NCBI RefSeq assembly: GCF_964355755.1
Contig: NC_092675.1
Span: forward strand, 31,220,912-31,284,911
Reading direction: 5' to 3'
From: Antedon mediterranea
Taxonomy: Eukaryota; Animalia; Echinodermata
Length of the DNA stretch: 64,000 nt
Shown here in pieces: positions 51,405-64,000 of this stretch. The position numbers and the translations under genes are program-made. A model generated the notes under the pieces. The model had not been told where the DNA came from, did no database searches, and saw only the letters and a program-made list of their open reading frames with translations. Numbering within the stretch: the stretch's first letter is position 1; every line of letters starts with the position of its first letter.

Positions 51405-52210
51405 TGTGAAGAGCCATGGATGTGAGATTTGTAAGTTCTTAGTATACAGCATTGATGTCAATACCAAGGTGGAGAGCCATGGATGTGAGATTTGTAAGTT
51501 CTTAGTATACAACATCGATGTCAATACCAAGGTGGAGAGCCATGGATGTGAGATTTTAAGTTCTTAGTATACAGCATTGATGTCAATACCAAGGTGGAGA
51601 GCCATGGATGTGAGATTTTAAGTTCTTACAGTAGTATACAGCATCGATGTCAATACCAAGGTGGAGAGCCATCATGGATGTGAGATTTTAAGTTCTTAGT
51701 ATACAGCATTGATGTCAATACCAAGGTGGAGAGCCATCATGGATGTGAGATTTTAAGTTCTTAGTATACAGCATTGATGTCAATACCAAGGTGGAGAGCC
51801 ATCATGGATGTGAGATTTTAAGTTCTTAGTATACAGCATTGATGTCAATACCAAGGTGGAGAGCCATCATGGATGTGAGATTTTAAGTTCTTAGTATACA
51901 GCATCGATGTCAATACCAAGGTGGAGAGCCATGGATGTGAGATTTGTAAGTTCTTAGTATACAGCATCGATGTCAATACCAAGGTGGAGAGCCATGGATG
52001 TGAGATTTGTAAGTTCTTAGTATACAGCATCGATGTCAATACCAAGGTGGAGAGCCATGGATGTGAGATTTTAAGTTCTTAGTATACAGCATTGATGTCA
52101 ATACCAATGTGGAGAGCCATCATGGATGTGAGATTTGTAAGTTCTTAGTATACAGCATTGATGTCAATACCAAGGTGGAGAGCCATGGATGTGAGATTTT
52201 TAAGTTCTTA
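51405..52210. repeat. ~63-bp minisatellite, ~13 copies
   Basis: GTGGAGAGCCATGGATGTGAGATTTGTAAGTTCTTAGTATACAGCATTGATGTCAATACCAAG with small indel variants. Confidence 0.95.
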
Positions 52211-53291
52211 CTGCATAGCATTGGTACCACTACCAATGTTGAGAACCCATTGATAAGAGATTTAAGTTGTAGCAGTATGCCACATGTACTGTAAGTGTAA
52301 AGGTGGTATTAATAACTTTTTGGTGTCCATTGTTTCCTGGTATCCTTGTCTGCTTAGATCATAACCAACTGTCTAATTTATTTTTAACCTATATTGAGTA
52401 CAAACAGTAGATAGAATCAATCTTTTTCTCATTTTTATTACACACTACGTTACATTACTTTTAAGATATAAGTTTTCAGTGCTTAAACATATCACACCTC
52501 TGCACCCATAACTACAGTACATTTGGTACTTTTTGGAGATTGTAATGAAAATGTCATGGTTACAGACATGACTGACATGGTCTGTAAACCTTGCTAAAAA
52601 AATTTTTTTTTCATCATTGCTAAATATTTGATTAGTCAGTTCAATTATACTGTATTAGCAAAGACAAATGGTTTTCACACATTAATTGCAGTTTATTCTA
52701 TTCACAGTATGCATTCTGAATATATTAATTGTATAGAAATGTTGACTTGTTACAGCCAGTCAGCCAGTCCACAGATTAAGTCAATGTGTACATAAGGATG
52801 CTTTATCATTAATAGCAAATCACAATAGACAGACCAGGATGTTTACATTTAAACAAACGCTATGTTTGCATGTTACATTGTTATTCAAAATTTAACATCA
52901 TTTTTTCTCATCGTTTGGTTTTACAATTTATGTGTGTGTCCAGACACTCTGAAATTAGATAATAATATTCAAAACTCATACAATTCTTTCCTTTTGAATC
53001 AATAAAGACATTTTTTTCTTATATTTTTTTTAAACGATAATGAATAAAGTAAAGTAAAACATAGAAATTTACATTTGCAGTTTGTGTGCATGCAGAATGT
53101 TTTCCCTTCTAACATTTAATTTGAATAATATCCCTAACCCCTGTACATTACAGTAAGTAAAACATACTCAATGACATAATATTTCAGCCTACAATGCAGT
53201 GTACAGTATGTGTACATTCATCTGTGTCTATAATTAAAGAACATCAACTTCACAGTTTTTGTCTTTAGAAATATGAAAGAATGTGCATTAA

Positions 53292-54321
53292 CACTTTGAC
53301 TGCCAAACACGAAGATCTTCGTTTTTGGAAACACAACGCTTGACTGCCAAACACGAAGATCTTCGTTTTTCGCGTTTTTTTACGAAATCCGGTAGATAGG
53401 TTAATTATTGGTATATACTATAAATATGGACACTATATTCGGTCTGGACCGTGAATATTTTTCTTTTTGAAAGTAACTAATCTGGTTACGAACGATTGTC
53501 AAAATGGTACCTGTCGAAATAACATACACCGCGCATCACAGTAGCGCGTACAGCGATGGTTTGGCGCATTGTGTATCGGTCGCGCGCTAGCTATGCCGCC
53601 GAAGCATTACAAAGGTTTATGTGGATTGGCATGTTTGTTATCTGAATAAAAAATAATGGATGAATTTTCAATATGAAGTCTTTAATTTTATTATTGTATG
53701 TATACCCTAATTGTTTTGGTGTTTCACTGTAAGTGGCCGAGTTTCACGCAACAAATTTGTTTAGAAATTGTATGAATATTATCATCAGTTTACTAGCTAG
53801 GCTAGTAGTACTAGGCTAGCTAGGCTATAGCCTAGGCCTAGTCGTAAAACGGTTCCGGACCAACTTTAGGCCTGGTGTCTTTACTATGTGGATTTTGGCG
53901 AAACATTGATGTAAGATTTATGATTTATAAAATATAATAAATTTTTCGATAGGGATAACTTGTTTTTATAGGCCTACTGGTGCCGTGTAAGTAACTTTTT
54001 CGTTGTTTGTTGATCTCACCGGGCGATATTTTCATAATTGTGATGTCTTGCACAAATCGCGAATATCGCGACTTTCTTGCGCGAAACTACGAAAAACTCA
54101 AAAAGTGCTTTACTTTCATTTTATTATTACGATTTACATATTGCGATTTGAAAATCGTTCTTGGTACCATTGTAAAGCTAAAATCTTTATGATTATTTTA
54201 GTCTAAATTACATGTAAATCAGATCACATACATAGTATCAGCTTTAATAAAAACATCGAATTGGGCTATAAACGCTGGCGGTGGCAGTTTCTAACTGGAA
54301 ACACCTCTGGCAGTCAAAGTG
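53292..54321. mobile_element. Non-autonomous piggyBac-like DNA transposon (~1.03 kb)
   Basis: TTAA on both sides; 14-bp perfect TIR CACTTTGACTGCCA/TGGCAGTCAAAGTG; subterminal direct repeat TTGACTGCCAAACACGAAGATCTTCGTTTTT x2; no transposase ORF. Confidence 0.8.
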
Positions 54322-54452
54322 TTAAAGTCCATTGCAAGATGATGGAATGAATTATAAATTGAAATTGAAATTTGCTTTTTAAACATCCCAGTTTTTCAGC
54401 GTTCTGTAATAGTCAGCACTACAGTATTGTATTTTATCATTTTTTTATATTG

Positions 54453-56553
54453 TATGTGCTGAATACATTGTACACAGTACAGTAGAATAAACGTTATGTG
54501 CTGAATACATTGTACACAGTACAGTAGAATAAACGTTATGTGCTGAATACATTGTACACAGTACAGTAGAATAAACGTTATGTGCTGAATACATTGTACA
54601 CAGTACAGTAGAATAAACGTTATGTGCTGAATACATTGTACACAGTACAGTAGAATAAACGTTATGTGCTGAATACATTGTACACAGTACAGTAGAATAA
54701 ACGTTATGTGCTGAATACATTGTACACAGTACAGTAGAATAAACGTTATGTGCTGAATACATTGTACACAGTACAGTAGAATAAACGTTATGTGCTGAAT
54801 ACATTGTACACAGTACAGTAGAATAAACGTTATGTGCTGAATACATTGTACACAGTACAGTAGAATAAACGTTATGTGCTGAATACATTGTACACAGTAC
54901 AGTAGAATAAACGTTATGTGCTGAATACATTGTACACAGTACAGTAGAATAAACGTTATGTGCTGAATACATTGTACACAGTACAGTAGAATAAACGTTA
55001 TGTGCTGAATACATTGTACACAGTACAGTAGAATAAACGTTATGTGCTGAATACATTGTACACAGTACAGTAGAATAAACGTTATGTGCTGAATACATTG
55101 TACATAGTACAGTAGAATAAACGTTATGTGCTGAATACATTGTACACAGTACAGTAGAATAAACGTTATGTGCTGAATACATTGTACATAGTACAGTAGA
55201 ATAAACGTTATGTGCTGAATACATTGTACACAGTACAGTAGAATAAACGTTATGTGCTGAATACATTGTACACAGTACAGTAGAATAAACGTTATGTGCT
55301 GAATACATTGTACACAGTACAGTAGAATAAACGTTATGTGCTGAATACATTGTACATAGTACAGTAGAATAAACGTTATGTGCTGAATACATTGTACACA
55401 GTACAGTAGAATAAACGTTATGTGCTGAATACATTGTACACAGTACAGTAGAATAAACGTTATGTGCTGAATACATTGTACACAGTACAGTAGAATAAAC
55501 GTTATGTGCTGAATACATTGTACACAGTACAGTAGAATAAACGTTATGTGCTGAATACATTGTACACAGTACAGTAGAATAAACGTTATGTGCTGAATAC
55601 ATTGTACACAGTACAGTAGAATAAACGTTATGTGCTGAATACATTGTACACAGTACAGTAGAATAAACGTTATGTGCTGAATACATTGTACATAGTACAG
55701 TAGAATAAACGTTATGTGCTGAATACATTGTACATAGTACAGTAGAATAAACGTTATGTGCTGAATACATTGTACATAGTACAGTAGAATAAACGTTATG
55801 TGCTGAATACATTGTACACAGTACAGTAGAATAAACGTTATGTGCTGAATACATTGTACACAGTACAGTAGAATAAACGTTATGTGCTGAATACATTGTA
55901 CACAGTACAGTAGAATAAACGTTATGTGCTGAATACATTGTACACAGTACAGTAGAATAAACGTTATGTGCTGAATACATTGTACATAGTACAGTAGAAT
56001 AAACGTTATGTGCTGAATACATTGTACATAGTACAGTAGAATAAACGTTATGTGCTGAATACATTGTACACAGTACAGTAGAATAAACGTTATGTGCTGA
56101 ATACATTGTACACAGTACAGTAGAATAAACGTTATGTGCTGAATACATTGTACACAGTACAGTAGAATAAACGTTATGTGCTGAATACATTGTACACAGT
56201 ACAGTAGAATAAACGTTATGTGCTGAATACATTGTACATAGTACAGTAGAATAAACGTTATGTGCTGAATACATTGTACATAGTACAGTAGAATAAACGT
56301 TATGTGCTGAATACATTGTACACAGTACAGTAGAATAAACGTTATGTGCTGAATACATTGTACATAGTACAGTAGAATAAACGTTATGTGCTGAATACAT
56401 TGTACACAGTACAGTAGAATAAACGTTATGTGCTGAATACATTGTACATAGTACAGTAGAATAAACGTTATGTGCTGAATACATTGTACATAGTACAGTA
56501 GAATAAACGTTATGTGCTGAATACATTGTACACAGTACAGTAGAATAAACGTT
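54453..56553. repeat. 42-bp minisatellite, ~50 nearly identical copies
   Basis: TATGTGCTGAATACATTGTACA(C/T)AGTACAGTAGAATAAACGT; source of the spurious 693-aa ORF. Confidence 0.97.
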
Positions 56554-59500
56554 TGGTAAATGAATTATTTATTCAATTCAACTTGTGGGTTTTTCCAGTT
56601 TAAGCAAACAAAGCAAAACAACTGTTAATTTCATTTATTGCATTTCAAAATACTTTCCTTTATAAATGTGTATAATCCATCCTGTAATCATAAGTATTTA
56701 AAAAAGAAATAATTGTTTTATAAACAAAACCTGTTTTTTGGTATTATTTCAACACCAGCTGTATGTTTCTTTGTATTGTGTAGTTGATGCAGGTTTGTCA
56801 CCAGGACGCAGCATAATTACGTTTTCAGTTGGATGAACATTTACCACAAACAACTCAACTTAAGTATAGGTACTACCGTAAATGATACAACTTAAGTAAT
56901 AGCTACTAACCGTAATTTATAACAACTTAAGTAATACAGTAGGTATTGCCGTAATTGATATACAACTGAAGTAATAGGTACTGCAGTAATTGATATACAA
57001 CTGAAGTAATAGGTACTGCAGTAATTGATAATAACGTTTAATATGATAGTAACGCTATACAGGTATTATCAAATACTGATATTTTTTGTTTGAATGGTCA
57101 ACAAGTCAATTTTTCAAAATTTAAAGGAAACAATACAAAATTTAAATAAATTATCAGACCATCTGAAAATTAATAAATAAACTTCATTTTAAACAAGAAA
57201 ACCTGATTCAACTGGTACTGTAGTGAAATAATATTCTGAATTTACTTGTTTTACACTTCTTTTTCAAAATGTTCACTTTGTTATAAAATGGTCTAATTTT
57301 GTACAGTATTGTAATTGTTATTGAATCGGCCAAAATATCAATGATTATAGTGAAATCCATTCAAAATCAGATTTTATATATTCACAAGATACAGTACATT
57401 TTATCTCAATTTATAACATGAAAAATAGCTGCCACAAATAAGGCAATACTGAAATCAGGATTCTAGACCTGTGCATCCAGCTGCACAGAAGAACAACTGA
57501 TCACATTTTTATGCTAATAATGTTCATCATCGATAGTGACCATATATGGTGGTGCCCGCGTTATATCCAATAAATTACATTCGGCAGCAAAATATTACAT
57601 TTAGTAGCCACAATTTTCATTTCCGTATATAATTTTCATTATGATATTTCATGTTGAATTGTACCACATCTTAATGTGTTGACATCATTAAAGACATTTT
57701 AGAATTTGTTTCAGCCATCCATATATCCACCCACATGCATCGTGGGATAAACTGAGCCTAATGTTGTTGGCAGTACATCAAATAGACTTTGACCTTGCAA
57801 CTATTGTAGTGTTAACAATGGTAAACTGCTGGATGTGTATATTGATTCATGTGTTAATACACCTTAGAAATAACCTGTATTTAAATATAAGGCCTTAAAC
57901 ATTGTGAGGCGGTTTCCAAAACAGTACTGTACTTCAAAATGCTGTGTTTATAGAGTAATAATGCAATATATTTTCCAGAACTGTGTTCTCTTAGATCCTT
58001 TGAAGACATAGTTTCTGTAACTAACAGAAAGCTGTACTCATCAGGGATGTAGCCATAATAAATATATAGTTGTCCGGATTTCGCAAGAAAAGGGAATAAT
58101 TTGGCTTGTCAAAGGCCTCTGTGAAAAGGTGGTCAGGTTGAAACCTTACCAACCGGTACTGGTTGCTACGGCCCTGATCATACACAAGATACAGTAACAA
58201 CAACACTCATAGATTAACACTTTATTCCCTCATATATCTTTCTATAAGATGACCATGCTTGAACCTATCTTAAATACAAGCACACACACATTTGCTAGAC
58301 CACTCCCGTTAGTATGTTTACATGGAGGATTAACATTTGATGGGACGGTACTTCAAAATAAAATTGGAGATAGAATCCTAAATACTTAATTAATTAAAAA
58401 TGTAAGGTTCTTCGTAATTACAGCCTAATAGGATTAATAATAGATTTGGCAGTTTGAGTTAAATGTGGAGTTATCGGACTAGTTCATTGTCGTAGGGGAA
58501 GTTTTTGTATCTCTCCTTCAGAAAAACTAGATTATTTCCAGTTTATCCATGTATGCGCCACTGACTATAACTTCTTGTGCAATTTTGTTTTTTTTGAAAC
58601 GATGATATTTTACTGCACTATAGCTGTCCCATCAAAATAGAACCGTACATTATGTAATTGTTGCTTTTAAAGACCTGGTTTACTATACCACAATTTAAGC
58701 CAAGATTGGCATCCTCTGGAATCAATCAAAATACTTTGCTTTTATTTGTCAGAATGTTTCATTGTATATTACACAGGTTTATTCTAAACTATAATAATTT
58801 TTAAATATAATTAATTATCTAGTTTAAATGGATATCATTATCAATAGTGTGTTTTACAGCTGGTGACATGTTTGTGCTCAGTTTAGGTTTCATTTTCACA
58901 GACACATATCTTTAGTTCTGTTGACTTTCCATGATCATATTGTCAGTCTCTATGATATTATATCTATATAATAATACATCTGCGTTTTCCATTTAATAAC
59001 ACACACACAGGCCTACACATTAAATGATAAATCCAAAGGACCATTTTTTGTTTATTTTCTGGCTTATTGATCATTTCTCCTGTTCATTTTGCTGTTTAGC
59101 CTAACTTTGATGACTAGGTATATAATGAAATCAATTTGCAATGCAATATCCCTGAAGCACTGGCATTATTTGTTAACCTCAAAGTGTATTACACACCATT
59201 ACCTTGTTAATGAAAGGTAAACGTCTACAAAATACTGGGAAAATCTCCAATTAGCAGTTGTACTGAATCCTACAAGGCGAGCAACCTGCTAGGCTATAGT
59301 CACCTATTCTTGTTTTCATTCTTGCTTTCAGATGGCAGCCCAGGCCAAGGCCATTGCTTACAGCTTCTAGCAACTTTTTTCATATAATGATAGGCTTTTG
59401 TACAATATGACCCTAAAATACTGTATACCCTATGTATGAACAATAGCAATAGCTTTTTACATTGACAGTTTGTCTCCAATTCAAGATATTCTACTGCTTT

Positions 59501-60267
59501 ATATGTCAAAGTCTTGGTTGCCTAAACAGTTCAAAAATTGTAAAAACTCAATTCACAATTTAATGTCTACATTTGTTATATAAAAGTAGTAGTTTAAAAC
59601 AAACATGGTACAGTTTTTTTTACTACATTTCAAATATTAAAATAATATATTCCTCAAATGATTTGCTGTTTCATATGTTAAATATTCATATTTTACGTAA
59701 AATACTGTACATTTGATTTTTTTAATTTTTCCATGATTTTTTTTTTAATAGAAAAATAAAAGTGTAATTTAGCGTAATATAATTCGTGCTATAATTCACT
59801 AATTTTCTTGCTAATATTATGTGATAAATTAGCCTGAGTGTCCCCGAGACTGTTAGGTTTGGTTCCATTCATATAAAACGAATTACTTCCATTAAACATA
59901 CCCTATTCAGGTAGAAATTGTATGAATAAAAGACGAAGTAGCCCCTTGTTAATGAGAACTTAGGTGGGAACTTAAAGTGTAGTTCAAGTTTATCACGGGA
60001 CAAAGGAATATTGTTTGAAGTAGGTATTTGTAGTGTTTAAGATTTCTTAAGCTATTGTGTTGTAGTGCTACCAGGTGCTGTATATAACACCAGTATTGCC
60101 TAATGTATGGATTAATTATCATTCACAATTGTTTTGTTTGAATGAGGTGGGTTTTAATTTTCTTTTTTTACTTGAATCTCATTTTAAGATATAAGGCATT
60201 TATCCTAAATAAGCAAATTGACTTTAAGTTGGCTTTTCATGTAATTTTTATTGTACTAATCTTCCTA

Positions 60268-60790
60268 TAAATTACTGTACATTATTTTCTACAATTAAAT
60301 ATGGTATGGTTTAATTACTGTACAGTATTTTCTACAATTATGGTATGGTTTAATTACTGATACAGTATTTTCTACAATTATGGTATGGTTTAATTACTGA
60401 TACAGTATTTTCTACAATTATGGTATGGTTTAATTACTGTACAGTATTTTCTACAATTATGGTATGGTTTAATTACTGTACAGTATTTTCTACAATTATG
60501 GTATGGTTTAATTGTTGTACAGTATTTTCTACAATTATGGTATGGTTTAATTACTGTACAGTATTTTCTACAATTATGGTATGGTTTAATTACTGTACAG
60601 TATTTTCTACAATTATGGTATGGTTTAATTACTGTACAGTATTTTCTACAATTATGGTATGGTTTAATTACTGATACAGTATTTTCTACAATTATGGTAT
60701 GGTTTAATTACTGTACAGTATTTTCTACAATTATGGTATGGTTTAATTACTGATACAGTATTTTCTACAATTATGGTATGGTTTAATTAC
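60268..60790. repeat. 39/40-bp minisatellite, ~13 copies
   Basis: ATGGTATGGTTTAATTACTG(A)TACAGTATTTTCTACAATT. Confidence 0.95.
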
Positions 60791-61979
60791 ATTAACGCAT
60801 ACGTGCCAACACTCTTGTTTTGGCCGGGAGACTCCCGTATTTAGGCTCGTCTCCCGGCCAAATATTGTGCTCACGTTTTTCCACATTTTCTCCCGTAATT
60901 AAGTTATTTTTTAATATTGTTTTTTGATGTTATCTTGTCTTATATGTATTTTCTTGTTTTTCCATTTTTACTGCGTCCAACTTAATGATATATTGTACTA
61001 GGCCCAACCACTCACTTTTTCAGTTAATTCGGATTGGACCCCATTGGAAATAAGTTTACTTTTTATTTGTCGACTTAATGGGTTATCCTGGTATTCTTTT
61101 TGTATATTGTATTTTTTAACTTTTGTGTATGAATATCGAATAAAATCAATCAATCAATTACAAAGACTAAATTTTGATAAATGTAACAACAAGGTTTAAA
61201 ACCAGCGTGTATTATACATGCATTGATTATAGTAGGTTTGGTTTAGTATGATTTAATTGCTGTTATTAAATTTGATTGTTTCTAAACTGATTTCCTGTAT
61301 TGGTTTATCTTTATAAGAATTAGTACTCTCTATTGATGGTTAAAACTTGTATTGATATTTTTTACACTTTTTTATCAATTGTACTGTGAATTGAGATGTA
61401 TAATGTAATGTGCTACAAATAAATTAATGATTCAATTAAATAGTTTAAATAAAATTTATTGTTTTTTATTCTGTCCTAATATTCCATTTATATTTTCTAT
61501 TTTTATTTATTCAAGATGGGCATTTCTACCTTGTGGCACATAATTTTAAATTTTACATTTGATCAACATTCAAATTAACTAGAGTACATTTCTAAATTGT
61601 CAATTTTGAAATAAACCTTACATAATACGATAGATTTCATGTCACAAAAAGCCAGCCAATACACCAGAAACCTAATCAATTTATTAGTTGATTTTTCTGT
61701 ATCCAAATTATGCCAAATTCTCTGAGGATTTGTAAAGCTGTTGAGGCCTGACTAAAATGTATCGATAATGTAAACCCTTGAGTGGACGCTAACACCTAGT
61801 TGCATATTAAGGAATATATTCAAAGCTTTACTTATTGATTGCAAACTGAAATCAGATTTAATTTACATACTTATTTCTACATATTGTGTTAAATAATTTC
61901 ATAAATGATGGATTTGTGTCATTGAAGGCAAGAAGTGAAATATTGTTGTAGCATAGTGAATATTAAATCATATTTATAA

Positions 61980-63729
61980 ATCTCTGTCTACACTATCAAA
62001 CTAGTTTGACAAAAACAGTGTGATGTACCCAAATATGTTGGCAATATGCCCAAATATGGTAGTGATACATCATCATCATCATGTTTATATATGGTAGTGA
62101 TACATCATCATCATCATGTCCATATATGGTAGTGATACATCATCATCATCATGTCTATATATGGTAGTGATACATCATCATCATCATGTCCATATATGGT
62201 AGTGATACATCATCATCATCATGTCCATATATGGTAGTGATACATCATCATCACCATGTCCATATATGGTAGTGATACATCATCATCACCATGTCCATAT
62301 ATGGTAGTGATACATCATCATCATCATGTCCATATATGGTAGTGATACATCATCATCATCATGTCCATATATGGTAGTGATACATCATCATCACCATGTC
62401 CATATATGGTAGTGATACATCATCATCATCATGTCCATATATGGTAGTGATACATCATCATCATCATGTCCAAATATGGTAGTGATACATCATCATCATC
62501 ATGTCCAAATATGGTAGTGATACATCATCATCATCATGTCCATATATGGTAGTGATACATCATCATCATCATGTCCATATATGGTAGTGATACATCATCA
62601 TCATCATGTCCATATATGGTAGTGATACATCATCATCACCATGTCCATATATGGTAGTGATACATCATCATCATCATGTCCATATATGGTAGTGATACAT
62701 CATCATCATCATGTCCATATATGGTAGTGATACATCATCATCATCATGTCCATATATGGTAGTGATACATCATCATCATCATGTCCATATATGGTAGTGA
62801 TACATCATCATCATCATGTCCATATATGGTAGTGATACATCATCATCATCATGTCTATATATGGTAGTGATACATCATCATCATCATGTCTATATATGGT
62901 AGTGATACATCATCATCATCATGTCCATATATGGTAGTGATACATCATCATCATCATGTCCATATATGGTAGTGATACATCATCATCATCATGTCCATAT
63001 ATGGTAGTGATACATCATCATCATCATGTCCATATATGGTAGTGATACATCATCATCATCATGTCCATATATGGTAGTGATACATCATCATCATCATGTC
63101 CATATATGGTAGTGATACATCATCATCATCATGTCCATATATGGTAGTGATACATCATCATCATCATGTCCATATATGGTAGTGATACATCATCATCATC
63201 ATGTCCATATATGGTAGTGATACATCATCATCATCATGTCCAAATATGGTAGTGATACATCATCATCATCATGTCCATATATGGTAGTGATACATCATCA
63301 TCATCATGTCCATATATGGTAGTGATACATCATCATCATCATGTCCATATATGGTAGTGATACATCATCATCATCATGTCCATATATGGTAGTGATACAT
63401 CATCATCATCATGTCCATATATGGTAGTGATACATCATCATCATCATGTCCATATATGGTAGTGATACATCATCATCATCATGTCCATATATGGTAGTGA
63501 TACATCATCATCATCATGTCCATATATGGTAGTGATACATCATCATCATCATGTCCATATATGGTAGTGATACATCATCATCATCATGTCCATATATGGT
63601 AGTGATACATCATCATCATCATGTCCATATATGGTAGTGATACATCATCATCATCATGTCCATATATGGTAGTGATACATCATCATATTTGGGCAAATCA
63701 CATTTTTTTTGATAGTGTAGAAAGAGCTT
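61980..63729. mobile_element. AGCTCTGTCTACACT-family MITE with an internal 35-bp tandem array (~46 copies, ~62054-63686)
   Basis: Left TIR TCTCTGTCTACACTATCAAA, right TIR TTTGATAGTGTAGAAAGAGCT; unit ATATGGTAGTGATACATCATCATCATCATGTCCAT derives from the MITE's internal motif. Confidence 0.88.
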
Positions 63730-64000
63730 TATACTTTACATGTTAAAATGATTTCACTTCTTAAGTTTTTTAGATAAGATAACGTAAATTCACTATTCAA
63801 ATCTTAAATTATTGAAGGATAGATGTCTTTTTGATAGATTAATAAATATGGACGTTTTTACTTAGTCTTTCCCAACATAATATTGATATTATGATCCATA
63901 CATTTAACTTAAATTGAATACGATTGCCTGCTACAAAATGACTCCTCCCAATAATTAGTCATCGAATCTATAAATATACAAGATATTCGATTTTGTTTTT

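Noticed and set aside
51405-52210. CRISPR-like appearance of regular repeats (also 54453-56553, 60268-60790, 62054-63686)
   Set aside because: No unique spacers, no cas genes, eukaryotic intron context
54445-56526. 693-aa ORF on the minus strand
   Set aside because: Pure translation of a stop-free 42-bp minisatellite (MYSAHNVYSTVLCT)n; no unique sequence or splice context
60900-61160. Possible LINE 3' tail ending in AATAAA(ATCA)n
   Set aside because: No coding remnant or second copy in the window to define it

Overview
AT-rich, intron-rich animal (invertebrate-like) genomic DNA. It carries five host genes: two tandem long-chain acyl-CoA synthetase (ACSL1/5/6-like) paralogs (+; the first 5'-incomplete), a USP53/USP54-like deubiquitinase (+), a FAM241-like membrane protein gene (-) and the first, CARD-encoding exon of a DLG5-like gene (+). 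The most notable non-genic structures are: (i) two very young, near-identical Penelope-like (RT + GIY-YIG) retroelement insertions, each made of two 5'-truncated copies fused head-to-head (one is a ~2.7-kb near-perfect palindrome), each flanked by a target-site duplication, with a ~30-nt tail on only one arm and a minimal hammerhead ribozyme motif in every arm; (ii) a Russian-doll triple self-insertion of a Helentron/DINE-like non-autonomous element that carries tRNA-like segments; (iii) several MITE families, one of which has expanded internally into a ~1.6-kb satellite; (iv) a triplicated exon end/splice donor in one ACSL paralog and exon-by-exon homogenisation between the two. All calls were made by eye from the sequence and ORF track; no database searches were run, and exon coordinates may be off by a few bases.
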